Assembly: GCA_963675665.1 (NCBI GenBank)
Contig: OY776510.1
Location: 3,168,001 to 3,232,000 of the forward strand
DNA: 64,000 nt
Source of the DNA: Spirochaetia bacterium
Lineage (GTDB): Bacteria; Spirochaetota; Spirochaetia; UBA9216
Direction: 5' to 3'
The position numbers were made by a program, and so were the translations under genes. Under the pieces are notes generated by a model. That model ran no database searches and had not been told where the DNA came from. It saw nothing but the letters and a program-made list of their open reading frames with translations. This document shows positions 44,536 to 52,542 of this stretch, in pieces; position 1 is the stretch's first letter, and the number at the start of each line of letters is the position of its first letter.

Positions 44536-45700
44536 AAATATTATCGGGCAGCAGCGGGTTGTTGAAGAGATTGAAAAAGAAATACTGACAGGGAGCCTGC
44601 CCGGGGCAATGCTGTTCAGCGGAGAACATTATTCCGGAAAGATGTCTGTTGCGCTGGAACTTGCACGTATCCTTTCCTGTACAGGAGACAGAAACTGGAA
44701 CTGTCCATGCAGATCATGTGAAAACCACAGGCAGCTTAACCATCCGTATCTCCAGATACTCGGCAGCAGTTTTTTTATGGACGAGATTTTAACTTGCGCG
44801 GAAATACTGAAAGAATCGCAGCCGTTATATGCGCGGTATATGTTTATCCGCTCGGTCAGAAAACTTCTTAAACGTTTTGATCCTGTTTTGTGGGAAGGTT
44901 CCGAGCCGAAATACAAGCAGGTTGTTGCTAATGCGGTAAAGGCGGAGGATCTGCTTCGTGAGATCAGGATTGACGATGACGGTGTTGATCCCCAGGTACT
45001 GGGCAAGAATGTAGACAGAATAGTTAATGAATGCGCTAAAATCACGGACATCTATAATTCGGGCAATATCCCTATAGATCAGGTAAGACGAATCAACAGC
45101 TGGGCCCATACGGCATCGGAATCAGTTAAAATTGTAATATTTGAGAATGCCGATGCCATGGGAGACTCTTCAAGGAACTCAATGCTGAAGCTTCTTGAAG
45201 AGCCGCCGAACGGGTGTTATTTCATTCTGACTACAAGCAGAAAAGGCGCGATAATTCCGACAATACTGTCCAGAGTCAGAGTCCTGAATTTTCCTCAGAG
45301 AACTGTTGAAGAATCGGCCGAGGTTATCGGTCGTATATTTCGTGAAAAGAATACGATGTACAGAAGCATAAGGGAATATTTTTTAAGCAGAAAAGCCGAC
45401 ACCGGACTGTTACGGGAGCTTTCTGCAAAATTCGTCAATGCTCTTCTTGACGGGAACCCGCCGAAAACTCCTGATGAAGCCGGAGATTTCAAGGCCGTTT
45501 ATAACGGAAAACATTTTTTCGAGCTTTTCATTCAGGAATGTATTGAACTGATACGTGAGGATTTTCAAAAAGGAAATATTGAAGTGAGAAAAGCTGAGCA
45601 GTTGAACCGCCTGTTCAGTCTTACAATGTCGAACCGGGAACAGTATAACCAATCGGCAAGGCTTGTGCTTGAATCTTTGTATTACAGGGGAATAAGTTGA
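44528..45700 (+). CDS. holB: DNA polymerase III delta-prime subunit (spirochaete type)
   Basis: MFENIIGQ, degenerate P-loop GEHYSGK, Zn motif C..CPCRSC, NSMLKLLEEPP, PTILSR. Confidence 0.85.
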   Translation: MFENIIGQQRVVEEIEKEILTGSLPGAMLFSGEHYSGKMSVALELARILSCTGDRNWNCPCRSCENHRQLNHPYLQILGSSFFMDEILTCAEILKESQPLYARYMFIRSVRKLLKRFDPVLWEGSEPKYKQVVANAVKAEDLLREIRIDDDGVDPQVLGKNVDRIVNECAKITDIYNSGNIPIDQVRRINSWAHTASESVKIVIFENADAMGDSSRNSMLKLLEEPPNGCYFILTTSRKGAIIPTILSRVRVLNFPQRTVEESAEVIGRIFREKNTMYRSIREYFLSRKADTGLLRELSAKFVNALLDGNPPKTPDEAGDFKAVYNGKHFFELFIQECIELIREDFQKGNIEVRKAEQLNRLFSLTMSNREQYNQSARLVLESLYYRGIS

Positions 45701-46872
45701 GAAAATTTCTGTCCAGGGCACTGAGTATGCTCGGCAAGCTTGATCAGGAGCAGATCAAAGCCCTGGTTAAAGAGCTTGCAGACGAAAATGAAATACTTGA
45801 AAGCTCAATGCATTCAATGACAGCAGGCGTGATTGTAATCGACAGTACAGGTGTCGTCACATTTGCAAACCGGAGCGTAAAACGAATTATTCCCATATCC
45901 AAAAGCGATCCTACGGATCTTCATTATACAGAAGCTATTCTTGAAGAGGAAATTGTCAGTCTGATTAAAAAGAGTGAGGATGAACAGGACACAATACACG
46001 AAATTGAAATTGCCCTTGATGCCCACGGAAGGTCAAAGTTGATTGCATGCAGCATTCTTCCGCTGCTTCTCAGAAATGAAATTTCGGGAAGTCTTGTTTA
46101 TATAAGAGATATAACGGAAAGAAAACTTGCCGAAGCGAGGTTAAGAAGGGCAGAAAGTCTTGCATCGCTTACGACAATGAGCGCCGGAATGGCACACGAG
46201 ATAAAAAACCCGCTTGGTTCGATAGGAATTCATATACAGCTGATGCAGAAAGCGCTGAATCGAAACGAAAACTGTGAGAAGGATTTTTTCAGTAAAAACC
46301 TGAATATCCTCAGTGAAGAAGTGGAGCGGCTGAACAGTATTGTTGTTGATTTTCTTTTTGCAGTAAGGCCCATGGATGTAAATTTGAAAGAACGCAGCCT
46401 TGAAGCGCTGATGACTGAATCTTTTGAGCTTATAAAGCCTGAACTGCAGGAATTGAATATAGAACTTGAAACCGACTTTGAAAAAGATCTGCCCGTGCTG
46501 CAGCTTGATGACAAGCTTATGAAACAGGCAATACTGAATATTATAAAAAACGCCATGAATGCAATGCCTGACGGCGGGCATCTTTCTGTAAATATTTTCA
46601 AAGAAAGCGACAATGTTGTACTTGTGGTCAAGGATGACGGTGAGGGTATTCCGGAGGAAAATCTCAACAAAATATTTGAACCTTATTTTACCACCAAAGA
46701 TTTTGGTTCCGGCCTCGGTCTTACGCTGGTTTATAAAATTATCAAGGAACATGACGGTGAAATTCAGCTGAAATCAAAGGTGGGAATAGGTACAAGCTTT
46801 ATTATCAGGCTTCCGATTCCTCAAAAAGAAAGACACCTGATCAGCTGGAAAGGGGATGGCAATGAAGTTTAA
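45697..46872 (+). CDS. Cytoplasmic PAS sensor histidine kinase (Hk2/Hpk2-like)
   Basis: PAS domain, H-box AHEIKNPL, N-box NIIKNA, DDGEGI, FEPYFTTK, GSGLGL. Confidence 0.93.
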   Translation: MRKFLSRALSMLGKLDQEQIKALVKELADENEILESSMHSMTAGVIVIDSTGVVTFANRSVKRIIPISKSDPTDLHYTEAILEEEIVSLIKKSEDEQDTIHEIEIALDAHGRSKLIACSILPLLLRNEISGSLVYIRDITERKLAEARLRRAESLASLTTMSAGMAHEIKNPLGSIGIHIQLMQKALNRNENCEKDFFSKNLNILSEEVERLNSIVVDFLFAVRPMDVNLKERSLEALMTESFELIKPELQELNIELETDFEKDLPVLQLDDKLMKQAILNIIKNAMNAMPDGGHLSVNIFKESDNVVLVVKDDGEGIPEENLNKIFEPYFTTKDFGSGLGLTLVYKIIKEHDGEIQLKSKVGIGTSFIIRLPIPQKERHLISWKGDGNEV

Positions 46873-48220
46873 TCTGCTGGTTGTTGATGATGAAAAAAAC
46901 ATACGTGAAGGGCTTGGAACTTCGCTGGAAATGGACGGATACCGGGTGCTTCTTGCGGAAAACGGTGAGGAAGCATTTAAAATTTTAAACAGCAGCGATG
47001 TTGATCTTATAATCAGCGACCTGCGAATGCCCGTCATGAGCGGCCAGGAGCTGTTGAAAAAGGTTATTTCGTCATATCCCGGGCTTCCGTTTATTGTCCT
47101 TACCGGTCACGGTACAATAGAAACTGCAGTTACGGCAATGCGCGACGGTGCTTATGATTTTCTGACAAAACCGGTAAACCTAGACAGGCTGACCCTGCTT
47201 GTTAAAAGGGCCCTACAGGGCCGCGAACTTATACTCGAGCACAGGGAACTGAAGGCTGAAGTAGACCGACTAAAATCCAAAAATAAATTCAACCGGATAA
47301 TCGGAAAAAGCAGCGGAATGATGCGCGTAATGCAGGTAGTTGAACAGGTTGCCGCCACGAGGGCTTCCGTCCTTATCACCGGTGAAAGCGGAGTCGGAAA
47401 AGAGCTTATTGCCGATGCCCTGCATGAACTGTCGGACAGAAATGATAAACCGTTTATAAAGGTACATTGCGCCGCCCTTTCGGAAAGTCTTCTGGAAAGC
47501 GAACTGTTCGGTCATGAGAAAGGAGCTTTTACAGGCGCAATATCAAGAAAAAGAGGACGTTTTGAGCTGTCGCACCACGGTTCAATATTTCTTGATGAAA
47601 TCGGGGAAATAAACCAGTCGACGCAGATCAAAATTTTACGGGTTCTTCAGGATAGAAAGTTCGAACGTGTCGGCGGAGAAGAAACAGTAGAAGTAGATAC
47701 AAGAATAATTTCAGCGACAAACAGGGACCTCAAGGAAGAAATAGAAAAAGGCAATTTCAGAGAGGACCTGTTTTACAGACTGAATGTCGTACAGATACAT
47801 GTTCCGCCGCTCAGAGACCGCAAAGAAGATATTTCATTGCTTGCTTCTGAATTCCTGGCTGATTTTATCGAAGAAAACGGAAGACATATAAACGGCTTTG
47901 ATCACAAAGCCATGCTTGTCTTGCACAATCACAGCTGGCCGGGCAATGTAAGGGAGCTGAGAAACTCAATTGAAAGCGCAGTTGTAATGTGCAAGGGAGA
48001 TATAATTACGCCTGAAGACCTGCCTCCGGCAATACAGCAGACTGCGGATCAGAACTGTATAAGAATCTGTACCGGTTCATCGCTTGCCGATGCGGAGAAA
48101 CAGATTATTATTGAAACCCTGAATGCCCAAAAAGGCAATAAAAGCAAAACAGCGGACGTTCTCGGCATCGGCCGGAAGACGCTTCACCGAAAACTGTCGG
48201 AATATGAACTGGATTTATAA
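46862..48220 (+). CDS. Sigma54-dependent response regulator (Rrp2/NtrC family)
   Basis: Receiver VVDDE...DLRMP, GESGVGKE, ELFGHEKGAFTGA, WPGNVREL, Fis-type HTH. Confidence 0.96.
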   Translation: MKFNLLVVDDEKNIREGLGTSLEMDGYRVLLAENGEEAFKILNSSDVDLIISDLRMPVMSGQELLKKVISSYPGLPFIVLTGHGTIETAVTAMRDGAYDFLTKPVNLDRLTLLVKRALQGRELILEHRELKAEVDRLKSKNKFNRIIGKSSGMMRVMQVVEQVAATRASVLITGESGVGKELIADALHELSDRNDKPFIKVHCAALSESLLESELFGHEKGAFTGAISRKRGRFELSHHGSIFLDEIGEINQSTQIKILRVLQDRKFERVGGEETVEVDTRIISATNRDLKEEIEKGNFREDLFYRLNVVQIHVPPLRDRKEDISLLASEFLADFIEENGRHINGFDHKAMLVLHNHSWPGNVRELRNSIESAVVMCKGDIITPEDLPPAIQQTADQNCIRICTGSSLADAEKQIIIETLNAQKGNKSKTADVLGIGRKTLHRKLSEYELDL

Positions 48221-48221
48221 T

Positions 48222-49064
48222 TTACAGGCCTTGTTCCCGGTCGATAAAGATTGAGCCCGAATATACATAATCGGCTGATCCAGTCAGAAAGACTTCATTG
48301 GACGGCTGCAGCCATTGAAAATAATATTCGCCGAGCTTGTGGGTTATGGTAGCCTGCCTGTCGAGGAACCCGTTCACTACAGATGCCAGCGCAGCGATAG
48401 CGCAGGATGAAGAGAAATCATCGCCTCGGCTGTTTCTTATGCGGACATCAATATCATCGCGGCTGTTTACGGTAGCAAAAATAAGACGCTGACAGTTATC
48501 AAATTGAACGCCTTTGAGCATTGTGTCTGCAAGTTCCTTCATTTTTCCGATGCTGATTGCCTCGGTAAATACAACAAGGCCCGTTTTCTGGAGAAAAACT
48601 TCTGCGGCCGGGAAGTCCCTGCCGTCTACTTTGATATTTATGATATAGTCCGTATCGGGACGTTCAATAAGAGGTCCGCCCTCATTATCAAGCGGGATAC
48701 CGAGAGAAATCCTGAAATTATTACTGTCGATAATACCGATTTCATGGATTGAATTATTAATTTGAAGGGCAAAATCCTTGTTACCTGTTATTCCGGAATC
48801 AAAAATAAACCTCGAGAGGCAGAAAGCTGCGTCTGTTGTCGTTTCAGCGACTGCTCCGGCCGGATCTATAAATACGGCGCTGATTTTTTCCGGGGAAATA
48901 CATTCAACTGCTATCAGCCCGTTACCGCCTATACCGTAATCGCGGCGGCATGTTCTTCTGGCAATTTCCTTTAAAGTGTCAGGTTCCGGAAAAAGACTGT
49001 TGCTGTAGTTTACAAGAATAAGATCATTTCCTGCTGTCTGAAGTTTATAAAAATCAAAATCCAT
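48222..49064 (-). CDS. Diaminopimelate epimerase-like protein with degenerate catalytic motifs
   Basis: FYKLQTAGND, CRRDYGIGGNGLI and C-terminal LTGSA match DapF, but MCGNG and ACGTG are absent. Confidence 0.8.
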   Translation of the reverse strand: MDFDFYKLQTAGNDLILVNYSNSLFPEPDTLKEIARRTCRRDYGIGGNGLIAVECISPEKISAVFIDPAGAVAETTTDAAFCLSRFIFDSGITGNKDFALQINNSIHEIGIIDSNNFRISLGIPLDNEGGPLIERPDTDYIINIKVDGRDFPAAEVFLQKTGLVVFTEAISIGKMKELADTMLKGVQFDNCQRLIFATVNSRDDIDVRIRNSRGDDFSSSCAIAALASVVNGFLDRQATITHKLGEYYFQWLQPSNEVFLTGSADYVYSGSIFIDREQGL

Positions 49065-49071
49065 GAAACCG

Positions 49072-49080
49072 AGTATAGCA
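49072..49080 (-). promoter_or_regulatory. Extended -10 promoter, probably leaderless
   Basis: TGcTATACT with ATG 7 nt downstream and no SD. Confidence 0.55.
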
Positions 49081-49190
49081 TGTACATTAAGGTTGAAAAA
49101 GTATTTAAAATGCGGTCCGGTATGCGAAAGTTGCTGTAACCGGGTCCTGTCGGGGCCCGAACAAAATTATCACGTATGACGTCGCACGGT

Positions 49191-49664
49191 TCAATTTAGA
49201 AGCGAACTGAAGCTGCTGTCCGAATATCTTGTTAAAAGAATGCGGTCGCCGGGATTGAAGCTGTCGTATTGATCATTATAGAAATTTCTCTGAACCAGAA
49301 TGATCTCAAGTGTTTCATCGGTCTCCGAGAATTCATAGTAAAATTGCATATAATATAAGGATAAAAAGGCCTCAACCTCGATATGGTAATTGTCCAGCGA
49401 ATATTTGAACTCCTTGCTTCTGGTCTGTGACTCAACAGCAACGTTTTCCGGATCCCCCATCCTGCATTTTCCGTTTTCAAAAAACTCAAAGACAACTGTT
49501 TCGCCTCTTGCAGCCGACCGGTTTGATTCAATCGTGCCGCTCCACAGCCCCGAAATATCGGCAGGGTCATCGTTGGAACAGCCGGAAAGAAGCAATATCA
49601 GAATTGCCAATAAGGCAATTCCGGGTTTGTTTCCGGTATTCCTGGAAATAGTATATTTATTCAT
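49191..49664 (-). CDS. Hypothetical lipoprotein
   Basis: Lipobox LLSGC; ISGLWSG...FEFFENG, a lipocalin-like start. Confidence 0.75.
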   Translation of the reverse strand: MNKYTISRNTGNKPGIALLAILILLLSGCSNDDPADISGLWSGTIESNRSAARGETVVFEFFENGKCRMGDPENVAVESQTRSKEFKYSLDNYHIEVEAFLSLYYMQFYYEFSETDETLEIILVQRNFYNDQYDSFNPGDRILLTRYSDSSFSSLLN

Positions 49665-50157
49665 ACTGTAATCCCTCCGGAAAAGTTTTTGCTGCAGAAT
49701 CGTTTTCGTTGTAGCCGGTTCTCATTTCCATGTACAGCTCGTTGCCTTCATATAGTTGCGAATAATCCAGAGGTCCGCCTACCGAGACGACCCTCATGTA
49801 GTAGGCCATCCCTGTTGACAGATCATCACGCTCAAGACTGAATTCAACATTGTAAATACCGAAATACTGTTTAAATTTCAGGCTTTCGCCGTCAAATGAG
49901 TAACGAAAGTAATTCGGGGCGATAAAGTTGTTGGTTGACTGTAAATCTTCAGTCCATTCGGTAACAAATACCGTTCCGTCGGATCGAAAATCGTAATAGC
50001 AGGTGTCTTCGGAATCGACAGTCCAAGTATCGCCGCTCCAGAACCCAATCAGAGATTTTGATTCTTCGCCTAAGAAAAGTTCGTTAAGCAGTCTGCAACC
50101 TGACAAGACAGGCAATAGCAAAGCAGTTGCGGTAATAAAAAGAATGGTTTTTCTCAT
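49657..50157 (-). CDS. Hypothetical lipoprotein
   Basis: Lipobox LSGC; LIGFWSG...YDFRSDG; SD GAGG. Confidence 0.78.
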   Translation of the reverse strand: MRKTILFITATALLLPVLSGCRLLNELFLGEESKSLIGFWSGDTWTVDSEDTCYYDFRSDGTVFVTEWTEDLQSTNNFIAPNYFRYSFDGESLKFKQYFGIYNVEFSLERDDLSTGMAYYMRVVSVGGPLDYSQLYEGNELYMEMRTGYNENDSAAKTFPEGLQYE

Positions 50158-50357
50158 TTTTTTACCTCACTAGTTTAGATGATTTGATTATATCATAACA
50201 AAGGCATATATTTTGTTAAAAATTACAAGTATACGTTTACAAAACCGGTCTGCTGCTTAAAGAAAATAAACCAACAAAATCCCCGAAAAACTGCGTTGAC
50301 AACGTTTATTTGATATTCAATAATTGTAACCTCTGATAACCCACGTAAGGAACTGTT

Positions 50358-50891
50358 ATGAATGAAAAATATAATATTGATTATGCGATAAGAAAGGTTA
50401 AGGATTTTCCGAAAGAAGGAATTCTTTTTTACGATATCACCAGTATTCTGACAAATCCTGAAGCATTCAGATATTGCATAGACAGTATGGTAAGAATTTA
50501 TGGGAACCATGGGTTTGATGCTGTAGCTGCAGCGGAAGCCCGTGGGTTTCTGTTCGCCGCGCCTTTTTGTGAACGGCTCGGTATTCCGCTGATCCTGATA
50601 AGAAAGAAGGGGAAGCTTCCCGGCAAGGTCATTACAAAAACATACGAACTTGAATATGGAGAAGATTCGATTCAGATTCACAAGGATGATATACCGCAGG
50701 GAGGCAAAGTTCTTCTGGTAGATGATCTTATTGCAACCGGGGGGACTTTGAAAGCCGCAGCTGAACTGCTTGAAGAAGGCGGGGCTGTCGTTACCGACGC
50801 ATTCGGCGTTGTGGGATTGCCGTTTCTGAATTATGATAAACTCTTAACCGGCTTGAAGATAGAGACGTTGATTAACTATCATTCAGAGTAA
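50358..50891 (+). CDS. apt: Adenine phosphoribosyltransferase
   Basis: DFPKEGILFYDIT, EARGF, RKKGKLPG, YELEYG, VDDLIATGGT. Confidence 0.97.
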   Translation: MNEKYNIDYAIRKVKDFPKEGILFYDITSILTNPEAFRYCIDSMVRIYGNHGFDAVAAAEARGFLFAAPFCERLGIPLILIRKKGKLPGKVITKTYELEYGEDSIQIHKDDIPQGGKVLLVDDLIATGGTLKAAAELLEEGGAVVTDAFGVVGLPFLNYDKLLTGLKIETLINYHSE

Positions 50892-50919
50892 ATGAATGGT
50901 TTAATTTGATGTATTACTA

Positions 50920-50948
50920 TTGACACTGACAGGGGTTTTTAGTAGATT
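50920..50948 (+). promoter_or_regulatory. Sigma70 promoter of the tRNA-Gln/tRNA-Glu pair
   Basis: TTGACA, 17-nt spacer, TAGATT. Confidence 0.7.
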
Positions 50949-50965
50949 ACCTCCAACTGATTTTT

Positions 50966-51036
50966 TGCCCGATTGTGTAATGGTAGCACGACGGATTCTG
51001 GTTCCGTTTGTGAGGGTTCAAGTCCTTCTCGGGCAG
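50966..51036 (+). tRNA. tRNA-Gln (CTG)
   Basis: Acceptor TGCCCGA/TCGGGCA, anticodon stem ACGGA/TCCGT with loop TTCTGGT, T-loop TTCAAGT. Confidence 0.95.
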
Positions 51037-51039
51037 TCT

Positions 51040-51229
51040 AATAAAACTCCTTCGGAGTTTTATTTTGAAGTTTGCAAAGCAAACTTCATGGAACTTAAGT
51101 AGGTTCGTGGATGTTTGTGAAACAAACTGAAATGAAACAAAAAGTGTGGAACTTTGTGAAGTTTTCGAAGAAAACTTTATTTCAACAGGAAAGAGGAAGA
51201 TTTTATGGACGTTTGCGAAGCAAACTCCA
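51040..51229. repeat. Array of five REP-like palindromes with 3-nt loops
   Basis: Loops centred at 51052, 51077, 51120, 51168 and 51218; approximate consensus GTTTGC-GAA-GCAAAC. Confidence 0.75.
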
Positions 51230-51252
51230 AAAAGAATCTGAAGGATTTTTTA

Positions 51253-51324
51253 GGTCCCTTCGTCTATCGGCTAGGACAGGAGATTCTCATTCTTCAAAGA
51301 GGGGTTCGATTCCCCTAGGGACTA
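51253..51324 (+). tRNA. tRNA-Glu (CTC)
   Basis: Acceptor GGTCCCT/AGGGACT, anticodon stem GGAGA/TCTTC with loop TTCTCAT, T-arm AGGGG-TTCGATT-CCCCT. Confidence 0.95.
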
Positions 51325-51330
51325 AATGAG

Positions 51331-51356
51331 ACCGGCTAAATGCCGGTATTTTTTTA
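51331..51356 (+). terminator. Intrinsic terminator after tRNA-Glu
   Basis: ACCGGC-TAAAT-GCCGGT followed by A and a T-run. Confidence 0.75.
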
Positions 51357-51362
51357 AATGTT

Positions 51363-51400
51363 TATGTATATTTATGCATAAACATGTATAAATATAAATT
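51363..51400 (+). promoter_or_regulatory. Tandem ARG boxes (ArgR operator) upstream of carA
   Basis: TATGTATATTTATGCATA and CATGTATAAATATAAATT separated by 2 nt; both fit the TGAAT-W4-ATTCA-like consensus. Confidence 0.7.
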
Positions 51401-51413
51401 AAAGGCGGAAGGC

Positions 51414-52541
51414 ATGGAAAAAAACAGCTGCCTGGTACTTGAAGACGGTAGTTTTTTTACAGGAACGGGTTTCGGCGCAGAGCCGGACGAATTGGCTGAA
51501 GGTGAAGTTGTATTTAATACCGGGATGAGCGGGTATCATGAAATACTGACTGACCCGTCTTATACAGGCCAGATTGTAATGATGACATATCCGCATATTG
51601 GAAATTACGGAGATATGTCTGAATGGACGGAAAACGGACCCGAACAGGTCGAAAGAAAAAAAATAAAGGCGCGCGCGCTTGTTGTAAGATCTGTGTACAG
51701 AGGGGCAGTTTATAAGGGCAGGGTCACTATCGATGATTTTCTCAGGGAAAACAAAATATGCGGGATCTCCGAGATTGACACAAGGGCGTTAACGCTCAAG
51801 CTTCGGGAAAAAGGCAATTTAAAAGGCTGTATTATTCAATGTAAAGTTGTTAACGGAAAACCTGATAATGTAAAACTGCAGGAAGCTGTTAACCGCTTGA
51901 AGGAAATGCCGGACATGCAGGGCCAAAATCTTATCGGTGATGTCGGAACCGGCAGTATCGAAGAAATAAATGTCGGCGGAAAAACTTCTTTTGCGGTTAT
52001 AGACTGCGGGATAAAGGCGAATATAATCAGGGAACTGACATCACGAAAAATTAACGTTAAGCTTTTTCCTTCCGGCGTTTCGGCTGAAGAAGTCCTGTCG
52101 TCAGGGGTAAACGGCGTGCTGTTTTCCAACGGTCCCGGAGATCCGGCAGTTCTTGAAAAACAGATTGCTCTCGTCAAAAGGCTAATTGAAAAAATTCCGG
52201 TATTTGGAATATGTCTGGGACATCAGCTGATAAGTCTCGGACTCGGAGCTGAGACATATAAAATGAAATTCGGGCACCACGGTATAAATAACCCGGTCAG
52301 GGATGAACTGACAGGTAAGGTTTTTGTTTCAAGCCAGAACCACGGTTTCGCAGTTAAACAGGAAAGCCTACCTGAAGACATAAAATTATGGTTTGTAAAT
52401 GCAAATGACAAAACTGTTGAGGGGATAATCAGCCGGGAGCGGAAGATCGCTTCGGTTCAGTTCCATCCTGAAGCAGCTCCGGGACCGGTTGATACCTCCT
52501 GGATTTTTGACGAATACATTAAGATTGCGGAGGGAAAGTAG
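51414..52541 (+). CDS. carA: Carbamoyl-phosphate synthase small subunit
   Basis: [41 protein letters not shown]. Start moved to ATG 51414. Confidence 0.97.
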   Translation: MEKNSCLVLEDGSFFTGTGFGAEPDELAEGEVVFNTGMSGYHEILTDPSYTGQIVMMTYPHIGNYGDMSEWTENGPEQVERKKIKARALVVRSVYRGAVYKGRVTIDDFLRENKICGISEIDTRALTLKLREKGNLKGCIIQCKVVNGKPDNVKLQEAVNRLKEMPDMQGQNLIGDVGTGSIEEINVGGKTSFAVIDCGIKANIIRELTSRKINVKLFPSGVSAEEVLSSGVNGVLFSNGPGDPAVLEKQIALVKRLIEKIPVFGICLGHQLISLGLGAETYKMKFGHHGINNPVRDELTGKVFVSSQNHGFAVKQESLPEDIKLWFVNANDKTVEGIISRERKIASVQFHPEAAPGPVDTSWIFDEYIKIAEGK

Positions 52542-52542
52542 A

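Noticed and set aside
50158-50357. Purine riboswitch upstream of apt
   Set aside because: No aptamer consensus; a TTGACA-17-AATAAT promoter leaves only a short leader.
51040-51229. CRISPR array
   Set aside because: Only four degenerate units of two alternating types with short uneven spacers, and no cas genes or leader. Kept as a REP-like array.
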